A stretch of 61,942 bases of DNA, counting the filler, from Candidatus Zapsychrus exili (GTDB lineage: Bacteria; Omnitrophota; Gorgyraeia; Zapsychrales; Zapsychraceae), in the NCBI GenBank assembly GCA_030765585.1. It is 3 parts of 3 records of this genome, joined end to end, with 100 filler letters (N's around TTAATTAATTAA, not from the genome) between each part and the next. Parts side by side here need not be neighbours in the genome. Positions count along the whole stretch, not along the records: positions 1 to 27,933 come from JAVCCJ010000119.1; 2 more parts are not named here. One strand, 5' to 3'. Positions 10,095-19,398 of the stretch are shown in pieces. How positions within the stretch are numbered: position 1 is the stretch's first letter; the number at the start of each line of letters is the position of its first letter. The translations under genes were made by a program, and so were the position numbers. The notes under the pieces were generated by a model. It saw only the letters and a list, made by a program, of their open reading frames with translations, was not told where the DNA came from and did not search any database.

Positions 10095-10666
10095 AGCGTA
10101 TTGGAATATTAGGCGGAACTTTTAATCCAATTCATATTGGACATCTGGCTATTGCGCAGTGGACTCATGAAAAATTAAAATTGGATAAAGTTATCTTTGT
10201 TCCAACAAGCTTGCCCCCCCATAAAAGTAGTCGAGGGGTTATTGATGCCAAGACTAGATATAAAATGGTTGAGCTGGCAATTGAAGATAATCCTCATTTT
10301 GAAGTTTCTGATTTTGAGATTAAAAAAGGTGGTAAATCGTATAGTATTGATACAATACGATATTTTTCTGAAAAATTTACTAAAAATACTAAACTTTATT
10401 TTATAATTGGTGAAGATTGTTTGTCGACTTTGCATAAATGGAAAGATGTAAAAGAGCTAAATTCTTTAGCATCTTTTGCAGTAGTTAATCGTCCGGGCGT
10501 AAAGCCGTGTAAACCTAAAATAGCTGTTCGTTCTATATTTATGCCAGGCATTGATATTTCATCTTCTTATGTAAGAAAGTGTAGCACGGCGCATAAAACG
10601 TTTAAGTACTTTCTTCCGGAAAAAGTGGAGAAATATATTAAAAGAAACAAACTTTACAAAGGTTAG
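10091..10666 (+). CDS. nadD: Nicotinate-nucleotide adenylyltransferase
   Basis: GGTFNPIHIGH, SYSIDT, FIIGED, ISSS motifs; GTG start overlapping the proA stop. Confidence 0.95.
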   Translation: MKRIGILGGTFNPIHIGHLAIAQWTHEKLKLDKVIFVPTSLPPHKSSRGVIDAKTRYKMVELAIEDNPHFEVSDFEIKKGGKSYSIDTIRYFSEKFTKNTKLYFIIGEDCLSTLHKWKDVKELNSLASFAVVNRPGVKPCKPKIAVRSIFMPGIDISSSYVRKCSTAHKTFKYFLPEKVEKYIKRNKLYKG

Positions 10667-10677
10667 GAGCAGTTTAA

Positions 10678-12099
10678 ATGGCAACAAATCCAAGAAAAGA
10701 AATTAAATTTGGTACAGATGGATGGCGCGCTGTCATATCTGATACTTTTACTTTTAAAAATGTATCTATTTTAGCTCAAGCAATAGCTGATTGGGTAAAA
10801 CAAGATTGTAAAGTAAAAAAAGGTAAGCTTCCAAGAGCTGTTGTTGGTTATGATACTAGATTCTTATCTGCTGAATATGCGGAAATTGTAAGTTGTGTTT
10901 TAGCTAAGAATAATATAGAGATTTTACTATCTGATGCATCTATACCTACTCCTGCATTAAGCTATGGAGTGCCAAAGACTAAAAGTTTTTGTGGAATTAT
11001 GATAACAGCAAGTCATAATCCGGGAAAATTTAATGGTTTAAAGATTAAAAATAATCTTGGCGGAGGAGCTTCAAAAGATATCACTGATAAAGTAGAAACT
11101 TTGCTTTGTAAGAGTTCTGTTAAAACAGATACGATAGAAAATCTTAAGAAAAATAAGAAATTAAAGATTTACGATTTTAAGGAAGATTATTTAGATTTTG
11201 TTAAAAGCTATGTTGATTTAAAGGCTATTAAGAAATCTAAGTTTAAAGTATTGCAAGATGTTATGCATGGAAGTGGTGGTACGCTTCTTGAAGATATATT
11301 AGGTAAGAGCAACATAAGATTGTCTTTAATGCGTTCTGAGGTGAATCCTTCGTTTGCAGGCGGTAAACCAGAACCTATAGTTGAATTCATGGGAGAAATT
11401 TTAAAGAGAGTTAAGAAAGAAAAGTTTGATCTTGGTCTTGTTTTAGATGGTGATGCTGATAGGATTGCTGCTGTTGCTCCTAATGGAGAGTTTATAAGTC
11501 CACAGAAAATATTAGGCCTTGTAGCCCTTCATTTAGTAAGAAATAAAAAACGTACAGGTGGTTTAGTTAAAACTACTTGTGGTACGGTTTTGATAGATAA
11601 TATTTCTAAAAAGCTTGGATTAAAGCTTTATGAAACACCTGTTGGATTTAAATATATATCTGATTTGATGGTGTCGGAGAGAATCGTTGCAGGTGGAGAG
11701 GAAGCTGGTGGAATTGGTGTTCAAGATTATGTTCCGGAACGTGATGGAACACTCGCTGGACTTCTTTTACTTGAAATGATGGTATACCAGAAGAAGAATA
11801 TTAAAAAGATTCTTGATGAAATGGAACGTGAGTTTGGACGTTTTTATTATGAGCGTGCTGATATTGCATTAGGCAAAGGAAAATATGATCCTAAGAAGTT
11901 TTTATCACAAAAAACACTTTTAGGAAAAAAAGTTGTTGGTATGCAAGACTATGATGGTGTTAAGCTTATATGTGAAGATAAAAGTTGGCTTATGTTAAGA
12001 CCATCTGGAACAGAGCCTCTAGTGAGAGCTTATTCAGAAGCTAAAACACTTAAGAAAGCCAAAGAACTTCTTAAAATTGGTGAGAAATTTTTAAAGTAG
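10678..12099 (+). CDS. Phosphoglucomutase/phosphomannomutase family protein
   Basis: FGTDGWR, ITASHNP, DGDADR, GGEEAGG, RPSGTEP. Confidence 0.93.
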   Translation: MATNPRKEIKFGTDGWRAVISDTFTFKNVSILAQAIADWVKQDCKVKKGKLPRAVVGYDTRFLSAEYAEIVSCVLAKNNIEILLSDASIPTPALSYGVPKTKSFCGIMITASHNPGKFNGLKIKNNLGGGASKDITDKVETLLCKSSVKTDTIENLKKNKKLKIYDFKEDYLDFVKSYVDLKAIKKSKFKVLQDVMHGSGGTLLEDILGKSNIRLSLMRSEVNPSFAGGKPEPIVEFMGEILKRVKKEKFDLGLVLDGDADRIAAVAPNGEFISPQKILGLVALHLVRNKKRTGGLVKTTCGTVLIDNISKKLGLKLYETPVGFKYISDLMVSERIVAGGEEAGGIGVQDYVPERDGTLAGLLLLEMMVYQKKNIKKILDEMEREFGRFYYERADIALGKGKYDPKKFLSQKTLLGKKVVGMQDYDGVKLICEDKSWLMLRPSGTEPLVRAYSEAKTLKKAKELLKIGEKFLK

Positions 12100-12163
12100 G
12101 TGACAGGGCTTAGGGTCTAGGTGGTAATTTCTAGAACCTAGTACCTAAAACTTAGGACCTATA
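12097..12163. repeat. Inverted heptamer array (TAGGnnn x4, then nCCTAnn x5)
   Basis: TAGGTGA-CAGGGCT-TAGGGTC-TAGGTGG followed by TTCTAGA-ACCTAGT-ACCTAAA-ACTTAGG-ACCTATA. Confidence 0.65.
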
Positions 12164-12167
12164 TATT

Positions 12168-12746
12168 ATGACATATTGGATTGTTAGAGCATTTGTTAAG
12201 TTTATAAGAATTTTCTTTTTTCCAGTTAAGGTTTACGGAAAAGAAAATATTCCTAAAAAAGGTGCTTTTATATTTGCAAGTAATCATAAAAGCTATATAG
12301 ATCCAATGCTTATTCCTTTGTGTCATAATCGCAGAATGAGTTTTGTTGCAAGAGATACTCTTTTTAAGGGTTTTGTTGGTTGGATCTTGCCAAAGCTAGA
12401 AGCCTTCCCTATTAAAAGGGCGACAGCCGATATTGGTGCTGTAAAAGAAATATTAAAAAGACTAAAAAGAGGTATGCCTGTATTGATTTTTCCTGAAGGG
12501 ACAAGAACGCTAGACCCTTCTAAGCGCGTAATTCAGCCAGGTATAGGAATGATCGCAGCAAAAACAAAATTACCCGTTATCCCTATATATATTGAAGGTT
12601 TAGATAAAGTACTTCCGCCAGATTCTAAGAAAGTAAACAGACATCCTGTTACAGTTACTTTTGGACCACCAAAAACTTACTCTAAAAGCCAGCCTAATGA
12701 AGATGTATCCAATCAAATAATGGATCAAATACTTGATCTTTCTTGA
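12168..12746 (+). CDS. plsC: 1-acyl-sn-glycerol-3-phosphate acyltransferase
   Basis: NHKSYID (HX4D) and FPEGTR motifs. Confidence 0.9.
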   Translation: MTYWIVRAFVKFIRIFFFPVKVYGKENIPKKGAFIFASNHKSYIDPMLIPLCHNRRMSFVARDTLFKGFVGWILPKLEAFPIKRATADIGAVKEILKRLKRGMPVLIFPEGTRTLDPSKRVIQPGIGMIAAKTKLPVIPIYIEGLDKVLPPDSKKVNRHPVTVTFGPPKTYSKSQPNEDVSNQIMDQILDLS

Positions 12747-12890
12747 AGCATTTAAGTTAATAATATTTTTATAATCATTTATTGCAATGAATTCTAGCTT
12801 CTTTTATTGCAAAATAGTAGTTTAATTTATTTAAAATAATAAATAAAAATATTAGTTTAATAAATATAGCAGTAGACTTAAATATTTTCG

Positions 12891-12918
12891 TTGACAAATA
12901 TAAGAAATTTGGGATAAT
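12891..12918 (+). promoter_or_regulatory. Sigma70-type promoter of rpsA
   Basis: TTGACA (12891-12896), 16-nt spacer ending in TGG, GATAAT (12913-12918). Confidence 0.65.
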
Positions 12919-12925
12919 GGGTTCC

Positions 12926-13057
12926 TCCAGACAGCAAAAGAGCTGCGTTTATAGCATTTTTCTGTTTGGACAGTAGAGCTCTACCGACACGGTAAATACA
13001 AAGGCTCTGCTTCTTTAGCTTCATTATTTAGCTTAAGCTTTGATGATCTGAAGAACA
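12926..13057 (+). promoter_or_regulatory. Structured rpsA 5' leader (three consecutive hairpins)
   Basis: CCAGACAG...CTGTTTGG; AGTAGAGCT...GGCTCTGCT with inner TACCG-ACA-CGGTA; TTCTTTA...TGAAGAA with inner TCATTA/TGATGA. Confidence 0.5.
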
Positions 13058-13081
13058 AATAGAAGGAGAGTTTGAATTAAA

Positions 13082-14629
13082 ATGGAACAAGAACAAAAGT
13101 CATTGATGGGTGAGTTGTACAAGGAAACATTTCGCAATCTTAAAGAGGGAGAGATTGTAAAAGGTATAGTAGTAGCTTTTAACGACAAGGAAGTTGTCGT
13201 CGATATAGGATTCAAATCCGAAGGATTTGTGTCTATTGATGAATTTCGTAACATTGAAAATCTTGAGACAGATCTTGAAGTAGATATCTTAATTGAGTCT
13301 ATGGAAGATGATGAAGGTCGCTTAGTTTTATCTCATTTAAAAGCAGAAAAGCTTAAAGGATGGATGAAATTAGGAGACAGCATCAACGAAGGCGATCCTG
13401 TTGAAGGAGTTGTTGTAAAGCAAGTTAGAGGCGGTTTTATAATTGATGTTGAAGGAGTTGAAGCATTTCTACCTATGTCTTTATCAGCTTTTAAAGGTTT
13501 ATCGCAAACTGATATAATGACAAAGAAATTTGTATTCCAAGTTGCTAAGTTAAATAAAGCAAGGCGTAACTTGATTCTTTCTAGAAGAGAAGTTGTCCAG
13601 AAAGAAAGAGAAAAGGTTAGAGGTAAACTTTGGGATAAATTAGAAAAAGGTGAAACGCGTAAAGGAACCGTTAAAGGTATTACTGATTTTGGTGCTTTTA
13701 TTGATTTAGGTGGCGTTGATGGACTTCTTCATATTACTGATATGAGTTGGACACGAATTAATCATCCGTCGGAGATAGTATCGATTGGAGATGAAATTGA
13801 TGTTCTTATATTAGATTATGATAAAGAAGGGTCTAAGGTTTCTTTGGGATTAAAGCAAATAATATCAAATCCTTGGGAAGATGTTTACGAAAAATATCCT
13901 ACTGGAACAAAAGCAAAGGGTAAAATTGTAAATGTTATGCCTTATGGTGTTTTCGTTGAAATAGAAAAAGGAATTGAAGGTTTACTTCATTCGTCTGAGA
14001 TTACTTGGCAAAAAAAGCTAGTTAATCCGCAAGAGATGTTTAAAGTTGGAGACGAAGTAGAAGTTCAAATTATAAATGTTGATAAGGACTCAAAAAGAAT
14101 TTCTCTTAGTATGAAGCAATTGGAAAATAATCCATGGCTTGAAGTTGAAGAGAAATATGCAGTGGGAACAAAGGTAAATGGAAAGGTAAGAGGTTTTACT
14201 GATTACGGAGCTTTTGTTGAGTTAGCTTTAGGACTTGAAGGAATGATACACATTTCTGATATGTCTTGGACAAAAAAGATTAACCATCCTCAAGATATCC
14301 TTGAAAAGGGTCAAGAAGTAGAGGTTATTGTTTTAGCTATTGATTCTGATAATAGAAAGATAAACTTAGGTTTAAAACAATTAACTGAAAACCCTTGGGA
14401 AGATATTGCCAAAAAGTATCCTGTGGACACAGAAATTGAAGCGGAAGTGGTTCTTAATTCAAATTTTGGAGTTTTTGTAAAGCTTGAAGATAATGTAGAA
14501 GCTTTGGTTTATTCTTCAGAAATAGAAAAAGAAGCTGCTGCTGCTTTAAAACCAGGGGATAAGATAAAAGTAAAAATTATTAAGGTTGATGTTGAGCAAA
14601 TGAAAATTGGCGTAAGCGCTAAGCTCTAA
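13082..14629 (+). CDS. rpsA: 30S ribosomal protein S1
   Basis: Tandem S1 repeats (VVVDIGFKSEG, FGAFIDLGGVDGLLHITDMSW, LSLGLKQ-like ends). Confidence 0.97.
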   Translation: MEQEQKSLMGELYKETFRNLKEGEIVKGIVVAFNDKEVVVDIGFKSEGFVSIDEFRNIENLETDLEVDILIESMEDDEGRLVLSHLKAEKLKGWMKLGDSINEGDPVEGVVVKQVRGGFIIDVEGVEAFLPMSLSAFKGLSQTDIMTKKFVFQVAKLNKARRNLILSRREVVQKEREKVRGKLWDKLEKGETRKGTVKGITDFGAFIDLGGVDGLLHITDMSWTRINHPSEIVSIGDEIDVLILDYDKEGSKVSLGLKQIISNPWEDVYEKYPTGTKAKGKIVNVMPYGVFVEIEKGIEGLLHSSEITWQKKLVNPQEMFKVGDEVEVQIINVDKDSKRISLSMKQLENNPWLEVEEKYAVGTKVNGKVRGFTDYGAFVELALGLEGMIHISDMSWTKKINHPQDILEKGQEVEVIVLAIDSDNRKINLGLKQLTENPWEDIAKKYPVDTEIEAEVVLNSNFGVFVKLEDNVEALVYSSEIEKEAAAALKPGDKIKVKIIKVDVEQMKIGVSAKL

Positions 14630-14656
14630 AACCTTATTTTGTAATAATATTATTAA

Positions 14657-14690
14657 AACGGCACCTTTCTGTTAAAGGGAGGTGCCCGTT
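14657..14690 (+). terminator. Hairpin between rpsA and tyrS
   Basis: AACG-GCACCTTTCT...AGGGAGGTGC-C-CGTT; weak U-tract. Confidence 0.45.
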
Positions 14691-14698
14691 ATTATCTT

Positions 14699-15859
14699 AT
14701 GGAAATAAAAAATCTTATAACAGACATATTAAGAGGTACTTCAGAGGCAATTAACGTAGAGACTCTTGAAAAAAAGTTAATTGCAAGTAGCAAAAGTGGA
14801 AAATCTCTTAATATTAAAGCAGGATTTGATCCAACAGCCCCAGATATTCATTTAGGGCATGTTGTTTTACTTCGTAAGCTACGTCAATTACAAGATTTAG
14901 GTCATAAAGTATTTTTTTTAATTGGCGATTTTACTGCTCAAATAGGTGATCCAACCGGACGTGACCAAACAAGAAAAAAAATAGATCAGAGACAGATTAA
15001 GCAAAATTCAAAAACATATCAGAAACAAGCCTTTAAGATATTAGATCTAAGAAAAACGAAAATAGTTTTTAATAGCTCATGGCTATCAAAGTTATCAATT
15101 CAGAAAATGCTAGAATTAACAGCTTATTCTACAGTTGCTCAAATGTTGGCAAGGGCTGATTTTAAGAAAAGAGCTCAAAAAGCTAACGAAATAACCATCT
15201 TAGAGTTTATTTACCCACTATTGCAAGGTTACGATTCTGTACATTTAAAGGCTGATATAGAGCTTGGAGGCACTGATCAGAGGTTTAATTTGCTTATGGG
15301 TCGTCAAATACAAGAGGCTTATGGCCAAGAGCCACAAGCTGTTATAATGACTCCTTTGCTTGAAGGTACTGATGGTGTGCAAAAAATGAGCAAGTCTTTG
15401 AATAATTATATTGGCATTAATGAGTCTTCAAAAGACATTTTTGGCAAAATAATGTCTATTAATGATGATTTGATGTATAAATATTTTGAATTTTTAACGG
15501 ATGAGAGTCTGGATGTGGTTAGATCTCTTCATCCAAAAGAGGCAAAATTATTACTTGCACAGAGAATTGTTGCTCAATTTTATGATGAAAATAAGGCAAA
15601 GGAAGAAAAACAGGATTTTGACAAGGTTTTTAGTCAACATCAGTTACCTGAAGATATGCCTGAATATGATATCAAGGATCAAGAGCAATTAGTTGATATT
15701 TTGCTTAAAAACAAGTTTGTAGAATCAAAGAATGAAGTGCGTAGGCTGATAAAACAGGGTGCAATTACGCATGATGGCAAGAAAATAGGAAGTGAAGATT
15801 TCATGGTAAAAAAGGGTGTTTTAAAGGTTGGCAAGAGACGTTTTCTAAAGATTAAATAA
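14699..15859 (+). CDS. tyrS: Tyrosyl-tRNA synthetase
   Basis: GFDPTAPDIHLGH, YPLLQGYD, GGTDQRFN, KMSKS, C-terminal S4 domain. Confidence 0.97.
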   Translation: MEIKNLITDILRGTSEAINVETLEKKLIASSKSGKSLNIKAGFDPTAPDIHLGHVVLLRKLRQLQDLGHKVFFLIGDFTAQIGDPTGRDQTRKKIDQRQIKQNSKTYQKQAFKILDLRKTKIVFNSSWLSKLSIQKMLELTAYSTVAQMLARADFKKRAQKANEITILEFIYPLLQGYDSVHLKADIELGGTDQRFNLLMGRQIQEAYGQEPQAVIMTPLLEGTDGVQKMSKSLNNYIGINESSKDIFGKIMSINDDLMYKYFEFLTDESLDVVRSLHPKEAKLLLAQRIVAQFYDENKAKEEKQDFDKVFSQHQLPEDMPEYDIKDQEQLVDILLKNKFVESKNEVRRLIKQGAITHDGKKIGSEDFMVKKGVLKVGKRRFLKIK

Positions 15860-15928
15860 AGGTTTCCTTTAAGAACGTAACCCTAATATCTTGAAATAAT
15901 TAGAATAAAAAAAACTTTTATAAAATAC

Positions 15929-15956
15929 TTGACAAAACGATAAAACTGGCTATACT
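15929..15956 (+). promoter_or_regulatory. Sigma70-type promoter for the tRNA-Thr/rpmG/secE/nusG cluster
   Basis: TTGACA (15929-15934), 16-nt spacer, TATACT (15951-15956), A/T tracts upstream. Confidence 0.7.
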
Positions 15957-16148
15957 TGCTATATTTATTGTGCGTAATGAAGTGTAATTTTTTGCGTACT
16001 CTTTTGGAGACTTTAGAGATTATTTACAGCAATGTTATAGAAATTATAACAATTTTGTAGTAGTTAGGAACTTTTATTTTTCTAAGAAAGTTTTAAAATT
16101 ACGAAGTTTTCTCGTCGGAATCCATAAAAGAATATTATTTTAAATTTT

Positions 16149-16221
16149 GCCCCTGTAGCTCAGCCGGAAGAGTACGTCCTTGGTAAGGACGAGGTCACCG
16201 GTTCGATTCCGGTCGGGGGCT
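16149..16221 (+). tRNA. tRNA-Thr (anticodon GGT), CCA not encoded
   Basis: Acceptor GCCCCTG/CGGGGGC, anticodon arm CGTCC-TTGGTAA-GGACG, T-loop GGTTCGATTCC. Confidence 0.95.
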
Positions 16222-16281
16222 TTTAAGACTGTAGTGGAAGTAGTATTAATTAATATAATTTTTTACTGAAAGTTTTTAAAG

Positions 16282-16434
16282 ATGAGAGAGCCAATACAAT
16301 TTCAATGCACAGAATGCAAGCGAATTAATTATAATAGTACAAAAGATAAAAAGCAGAAGCCAGAAAGAATAGAGTTAAAGAAATTTTGTCGTTTTTGTAG
16401 AAAACATGTGATACATAAGGAAATGAAAAAATAG
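16282..16434 (+). CDS. rpmG: 50S ribosomal protein L33, Zn-binding form (not in the ORF track)
   Basis: Hand translation: MREPIQFQCTECKRINYNSTKDKKQKPERIELKKFCRFCRKHVIHKEMKK*; two CxxC pairs. Confidence 0.95.
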   Translation: MREPIQFQCTECKRINYNSTKDKKQKPERIELKKFCRFCRKHVIHKEMKK

Positions 16435-16445
16435 GTTGGAAATTT

Positions 16446-16519
16446 AGGCCTGTAGCTCTAACTGGCAGAGCAACGGTCTCCAAAACCGTGTGTTGTTGGT
16501 TCGAATCCAACCAGGCCTG
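16446..16519 (+). tRNA. tRNA-Trp (anticodon CCA)
   Basis: Acceptor AGGCCTG/CAGGCCT, anticodon arm ACGGT-CTCCAAA-ACCGT, GGTTCGAATCC; canonical position before secE. Confidence 0.95.
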
Positions 16520-16531
16520 TTAAAGTTTAAT

Positions 16532-16717
16532 ATGATAGGAAAAATCAAAAAATTTATTACAGAAGTAACTGTTGAACTAAAGAAGGTTTCTTGGTCAACA
16601 AAGCAAGAGCTTATGGATGCTACATGGATTGTCATGATAAGCTCAGGATGCTTAGGTCTTTTTATTGGTTGTACGGACTTTGTTCTTTCAAAATTATTGG
16701 GAATAATTATTAGGTAG
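16532..16717 (+). CDS. secE: Preprotein translocase subunit SecE (start corrected to ATG 16532)
   Basis: FITEVTVELKKVSWS motif plus one TM; the ORF-track start at 16490 lies inside tRNA-Trp. Confidence 0.92.
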   Translation: MIGKIKKFITEVTVELKKVSWSTKQELMDATWIVMISSGCLGLFIGCTDFVLSKLLGIIIR

Positions 16718-16721
16718 TATT

Positions 16722-17255
16722 ATGGATAATAACAAGTGGTACGTCGTTCATACGCAAACAGGTTCAGAAGAGAAGGCAAAAGCTGGGCTAGAAAGCCGTA
16801 TAAATACAACAGAATTAAAGAATTATATTAAAGAAGTTGTTGTCCCTACTGAGCAAGTTTCAGAAATAAGGGGTGGGAAAAAACGTATTACATCTAGAAA
16901 ATTTTTCCCAGGATACATTCTTATAAGTATGGAAATGAATAAGGAAAGCTGGTATCTTGTTAAAACAACTCCTGGAATAACAGGTTTTATTGGTCCAGGA
17001 AGACGACCTACACCTATCTCAGAACAAGAAGTTGATTCTATCCTAAAACGTACAGAAGACACCGAAACCAAACCAACTCCAAAAATGACTTTCGAAATTG
17101 ACGAATCAATTAGGATTTCTCAGGGTCCTTTTGCAAATTTTAATGGGACAGTAATGGAGATTTATCCTGATAGAGGAAAAATGAAGGTAAGCGTTTCGAT
17201 TTTTGGTAGATCAACTTTAGTTGAATTAGAATATTGGCAAGTGGAGAAGCTATAA
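16722..17255 (+). CDS. nusG: Transcription termination/antitermination factor NusG
   Basis: WYVVHT, FFPGYI, KOW motif [13 protein letters not shown]. Confidence 0.97.
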   Translation: MDNNKWYVVHTQTGSEEKAKAGLESRINTTELKNYIKEVVVPTEQVSEIRGGKKRITSRKFFPGYILISMEMNKESWYLVKTTPGITGFIGPGRRPTPISEQEVDSILKRTEDTETKPTPKMTFEIDESIRISQGPFANFNGTVMEIYPDRGKMKVSVSIFGRSTLVELEYWQVEKL

Positions 17256-17256
17256 A

Positions 17257-17685
17257 ATGGCAAAAAAAGAGATTATTGCTCAAATAAAATTATATGTGCC
17301 TGCAGGACAGGCTAACCCAGCACCACCTGTTGGACCTGCTTTAGGTCAACATGGTGTAAACATTATGGGTTTTTGTAAAGCTTTTAATGATAAAACAAAA
17401 GGCAGAGAAGGTCTTATATTGCCTGCTGTTATTAGCGTTTATAAGGATAAGTCTTTTGATTTTATTATAAAGACACCACCAAGCTCTATTCTTATAAAGA
17501 AGGCTGCTAATTTAGCTAAAGCATCTGGTTTAGCTGGCAAAGAGAAGATTGCAACAATAACAAAAGATCAAGTTAAAGAAATAGCTAAGATAAAGATGGA
17601 AGATTTAAATACATCTGATGAGTCAGAGGCTGTTAAATCAATTGAAGGAACAGCAAGAAGTATGGGAATTGAGGTAGAAAGATAA
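17257..17685 (+). CDS. rplK: 50S ribosomal protein L11
   Basis: [33 protein letters not shown]. Confidence 0.98.
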   Translation: MAKKEIIAQIKLYVPAGQANPAPPVGPALGQHGVNIMGFCKAFNDKTKGREGLILPAVISVYKDKSFDFIIKTPPSSILIKKAANLAKASGLAGKEKIATITKDQVKEIAKIKMEDLNTSDESEAVKSIEGTARSMGIEVER

Positions 17686-18365
17686 TGACTAAGATAAGTA
17701 AAAGAGTAAAAGAATTTTCTAATATAGTTGATAAAGATAAAATTTATTCTATAGATGAAGCAATTGATCAGATTGCTAATTTTCCAAAAGTAAAGTTTGA
17801 TGAAACAGTTGAAATACACCTTTTCTTGAATGTTAATCCTAAGAGCTCAGATCAAATTGTAAGAGGAACTGTTGCTTTGCCTAATGGTTTAGGTAAAGAA
17901 GTTAGAGTGGCTGTATTTTGTAAAGGTGAGCTTGAGAAAAAAGCAAAAGATGTTGGAGCTGATTTCGTTGGCGCAGAAGAATTGATAGAAAAAGTTTCTA
18001 AAGGATTTCTAGATTTTGATGTTGTAGTAGCTTCTCCTGATATGATGCGTGATTTAAGTAAATTAGGAAAAGTATTAGGTCCTCGTGGCCTTATGCCTAC
18101 GCCAAAAGCAGGAACGGTTACTGCAGATATAGAAAAAGCAATTCAGGAAGTTAAAGCCGGTAAGATTGAGTTTAAGACTGATAAGCAAGCAGGCATACAT
18201 GTCGGAATCGGAAAAAGATCTTTTTCAAAAGATAAATTGATGGAAAATATAAAACATTTAGTAGATGCTATTAATGCAGCCAAACCAATTGCGGTAAAGG
18301 GGCATTTAATTAAGTCATCTTCAATAACAACAACAATGGGCCCAGGATTAAAGGTAGCATTATGA
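17685..18365 (+). CDS. rplA: 50S ribosomal protein L1
   Basis: KFDETVE, LGPRGLMPTPKAGTV, TTMGPG. Confidence 0.98.
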   Translation: MTKISKRVKEFSNIVDKDKIYSIDEAIDQIANFPKVKFDETVEIHLFLNVNPKSSDQIVRGTVALPNGLGKEVRVAVFCKGELEKKAKDVGADFVGAEELIEKVSKGFLDFDVVVASPDMMRDLSKLGKVLGPRGLMPTPKAGTVTADIEKAIQEVKAGKIEFKTDKQAGIHVGIGKRSFSKDKLMENIKHLVDAINAAKPIAVKGHLIKSSSITTTMGPGLKVAL

Positions 18366-18892
18366 AAAAAGTTGGTCAAATATTTAGAGAAAGTTTAGTT
18401 AGCCAAGTTGAGAAAGGATTTAATGAGAATAGCAATGTTTTTCTCTTAAATTATTCTAAGGTTTCAGGATCTCAAGTTAGTGAACTAAGAAAAGATTTGA
18501 AGAAAGTTGGAGCAAGTGTTTATGCGGCCAAGAATTCTGTTGCACGCTTAGCTCTTCAAAGCGTAGATTATGGTGATTTGTCTAAGGACGTGCAAGGTCA
18601 AATGGCTTTTGTATGGAGCAGCGATGATTCATCTGAATTATCAAAGATTTTAGTTAAGTTTGCAAAGGCTTTTGAAGATGTAGAGGTTCAAGGAGGAGTT
18701 TTAGAAGGAAAAATTATAAGTTCAGCAGATGTTACTAGATTATCAGACTTACCACCGAGAGAAGTTCTTTTAGCGACTCTTATGGCAACAATGCAAGCTC
18801 CTCTAACAAGATTAGCAGGCGCTTTAAATGCCAAAACAAGAGATTTATTATCTATATTAAAACAATTAAGTGAACAAAAGGGAGGAAAATAA
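18362..18892 (+). CDS. rplJ: 50S ribosomal protein L10
   Basis: [26 protein letters not shown]; synteny. Confidence 0.93.
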   Translation: MKKVGQIFRESLVSQVEKGFNENSNVFLLNYSKVSGSQVSELRKDLKKVGASVYAAKNSVARLALQSVDYGDLSKDVQGQMAFVWSSDDSSELSKILVKFAKAFEDVEVQGGVLEGKIISSADVTRLSDLPPREVLLATLMATMQAPLTRLAGALNAKTRDLLSILKQLSEQKGGK

Positions 18893-18893
18893 A

Positions 18894-19325
18894 ATGACTG
18901 AAAACACAGCAGAAGAGAAAAAAGAAGTTGTAGCTCTTTCGCCAAAGCTGGAAGAGGTTTTAAAGACCGTCGAAGGCTTAACAGCTCTTGAGCTTTCTGA
19001 ATTAGTCAAGGGAATGGAAGACAAATTTGGAATTACAGCAGCAGCTCCTATGGCAGCAGGTATGATGATGCCAATGGCAGGTGGAGCAGTAGGTGGAGAA
19101 GCTGAAGAAGAAAAAACAGAGTTTGATGTTGTTATCGCAGAAGTTGGCCCTAACAAAATTGCTGTTATTAAAGAGGTTCGTGCCGCAACAAGTTTAGGCT
19201 TGAAAGAAGCTAAAGATTTAGTTGAAGCTGAACCAAAAGCTGTTAAAGAAGCTGTAACTAAAGAAGAAGCTGAAGAGCTTAAGAAAAAGCTAGAAGCAGC
19301 TGGCGCTAAAATTGAACTAAAGTAA
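18894..19325 (+). CDS. rplL: 50S ribosomal protein L7/L12 (start corrected to ATG 18894)
   Basis: [36 protein letters not shown] upstream of 18894. Confidence 0.97.
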   Translation: MTENTAEEKKEVVALSPKLEEVLKTVEGLTALELSELVKGMEDKFGITAAAPMAAGMMMPMAGGAVGGEAEEEKTEFDVVIAEVGPNKIAVIKEVRAATSLGLKEAKDLVEAEPKAVKEAVTKEEAEELKKKLEAAGAKIELK

Positions 19326-19362
19326 ACTTTTTTGAATAATTTGAAAAAGTTTTTGTTTCTTT
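19324..19362 (+). terminator. Weak AT-rich hairpin plus T tract between rplL and rpoB (possible attenuator)
   Basis: AAACTTTTTTGAA-TAA-TTTGAAAAAGTTT followed by TTGTTTCTTT. Confidence 0.35.
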
Positions 19363-19398
19363 AGCCTTTAAAATAACCTTTTTGAGAAAAAGAAAAAT

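Noticed and set aside
16325..16635. Minus-strand ORFs 16325..16510 and 16444..16635
   Set aside because: Antisense shadows of rpmG, tRNA-Trp and secE.
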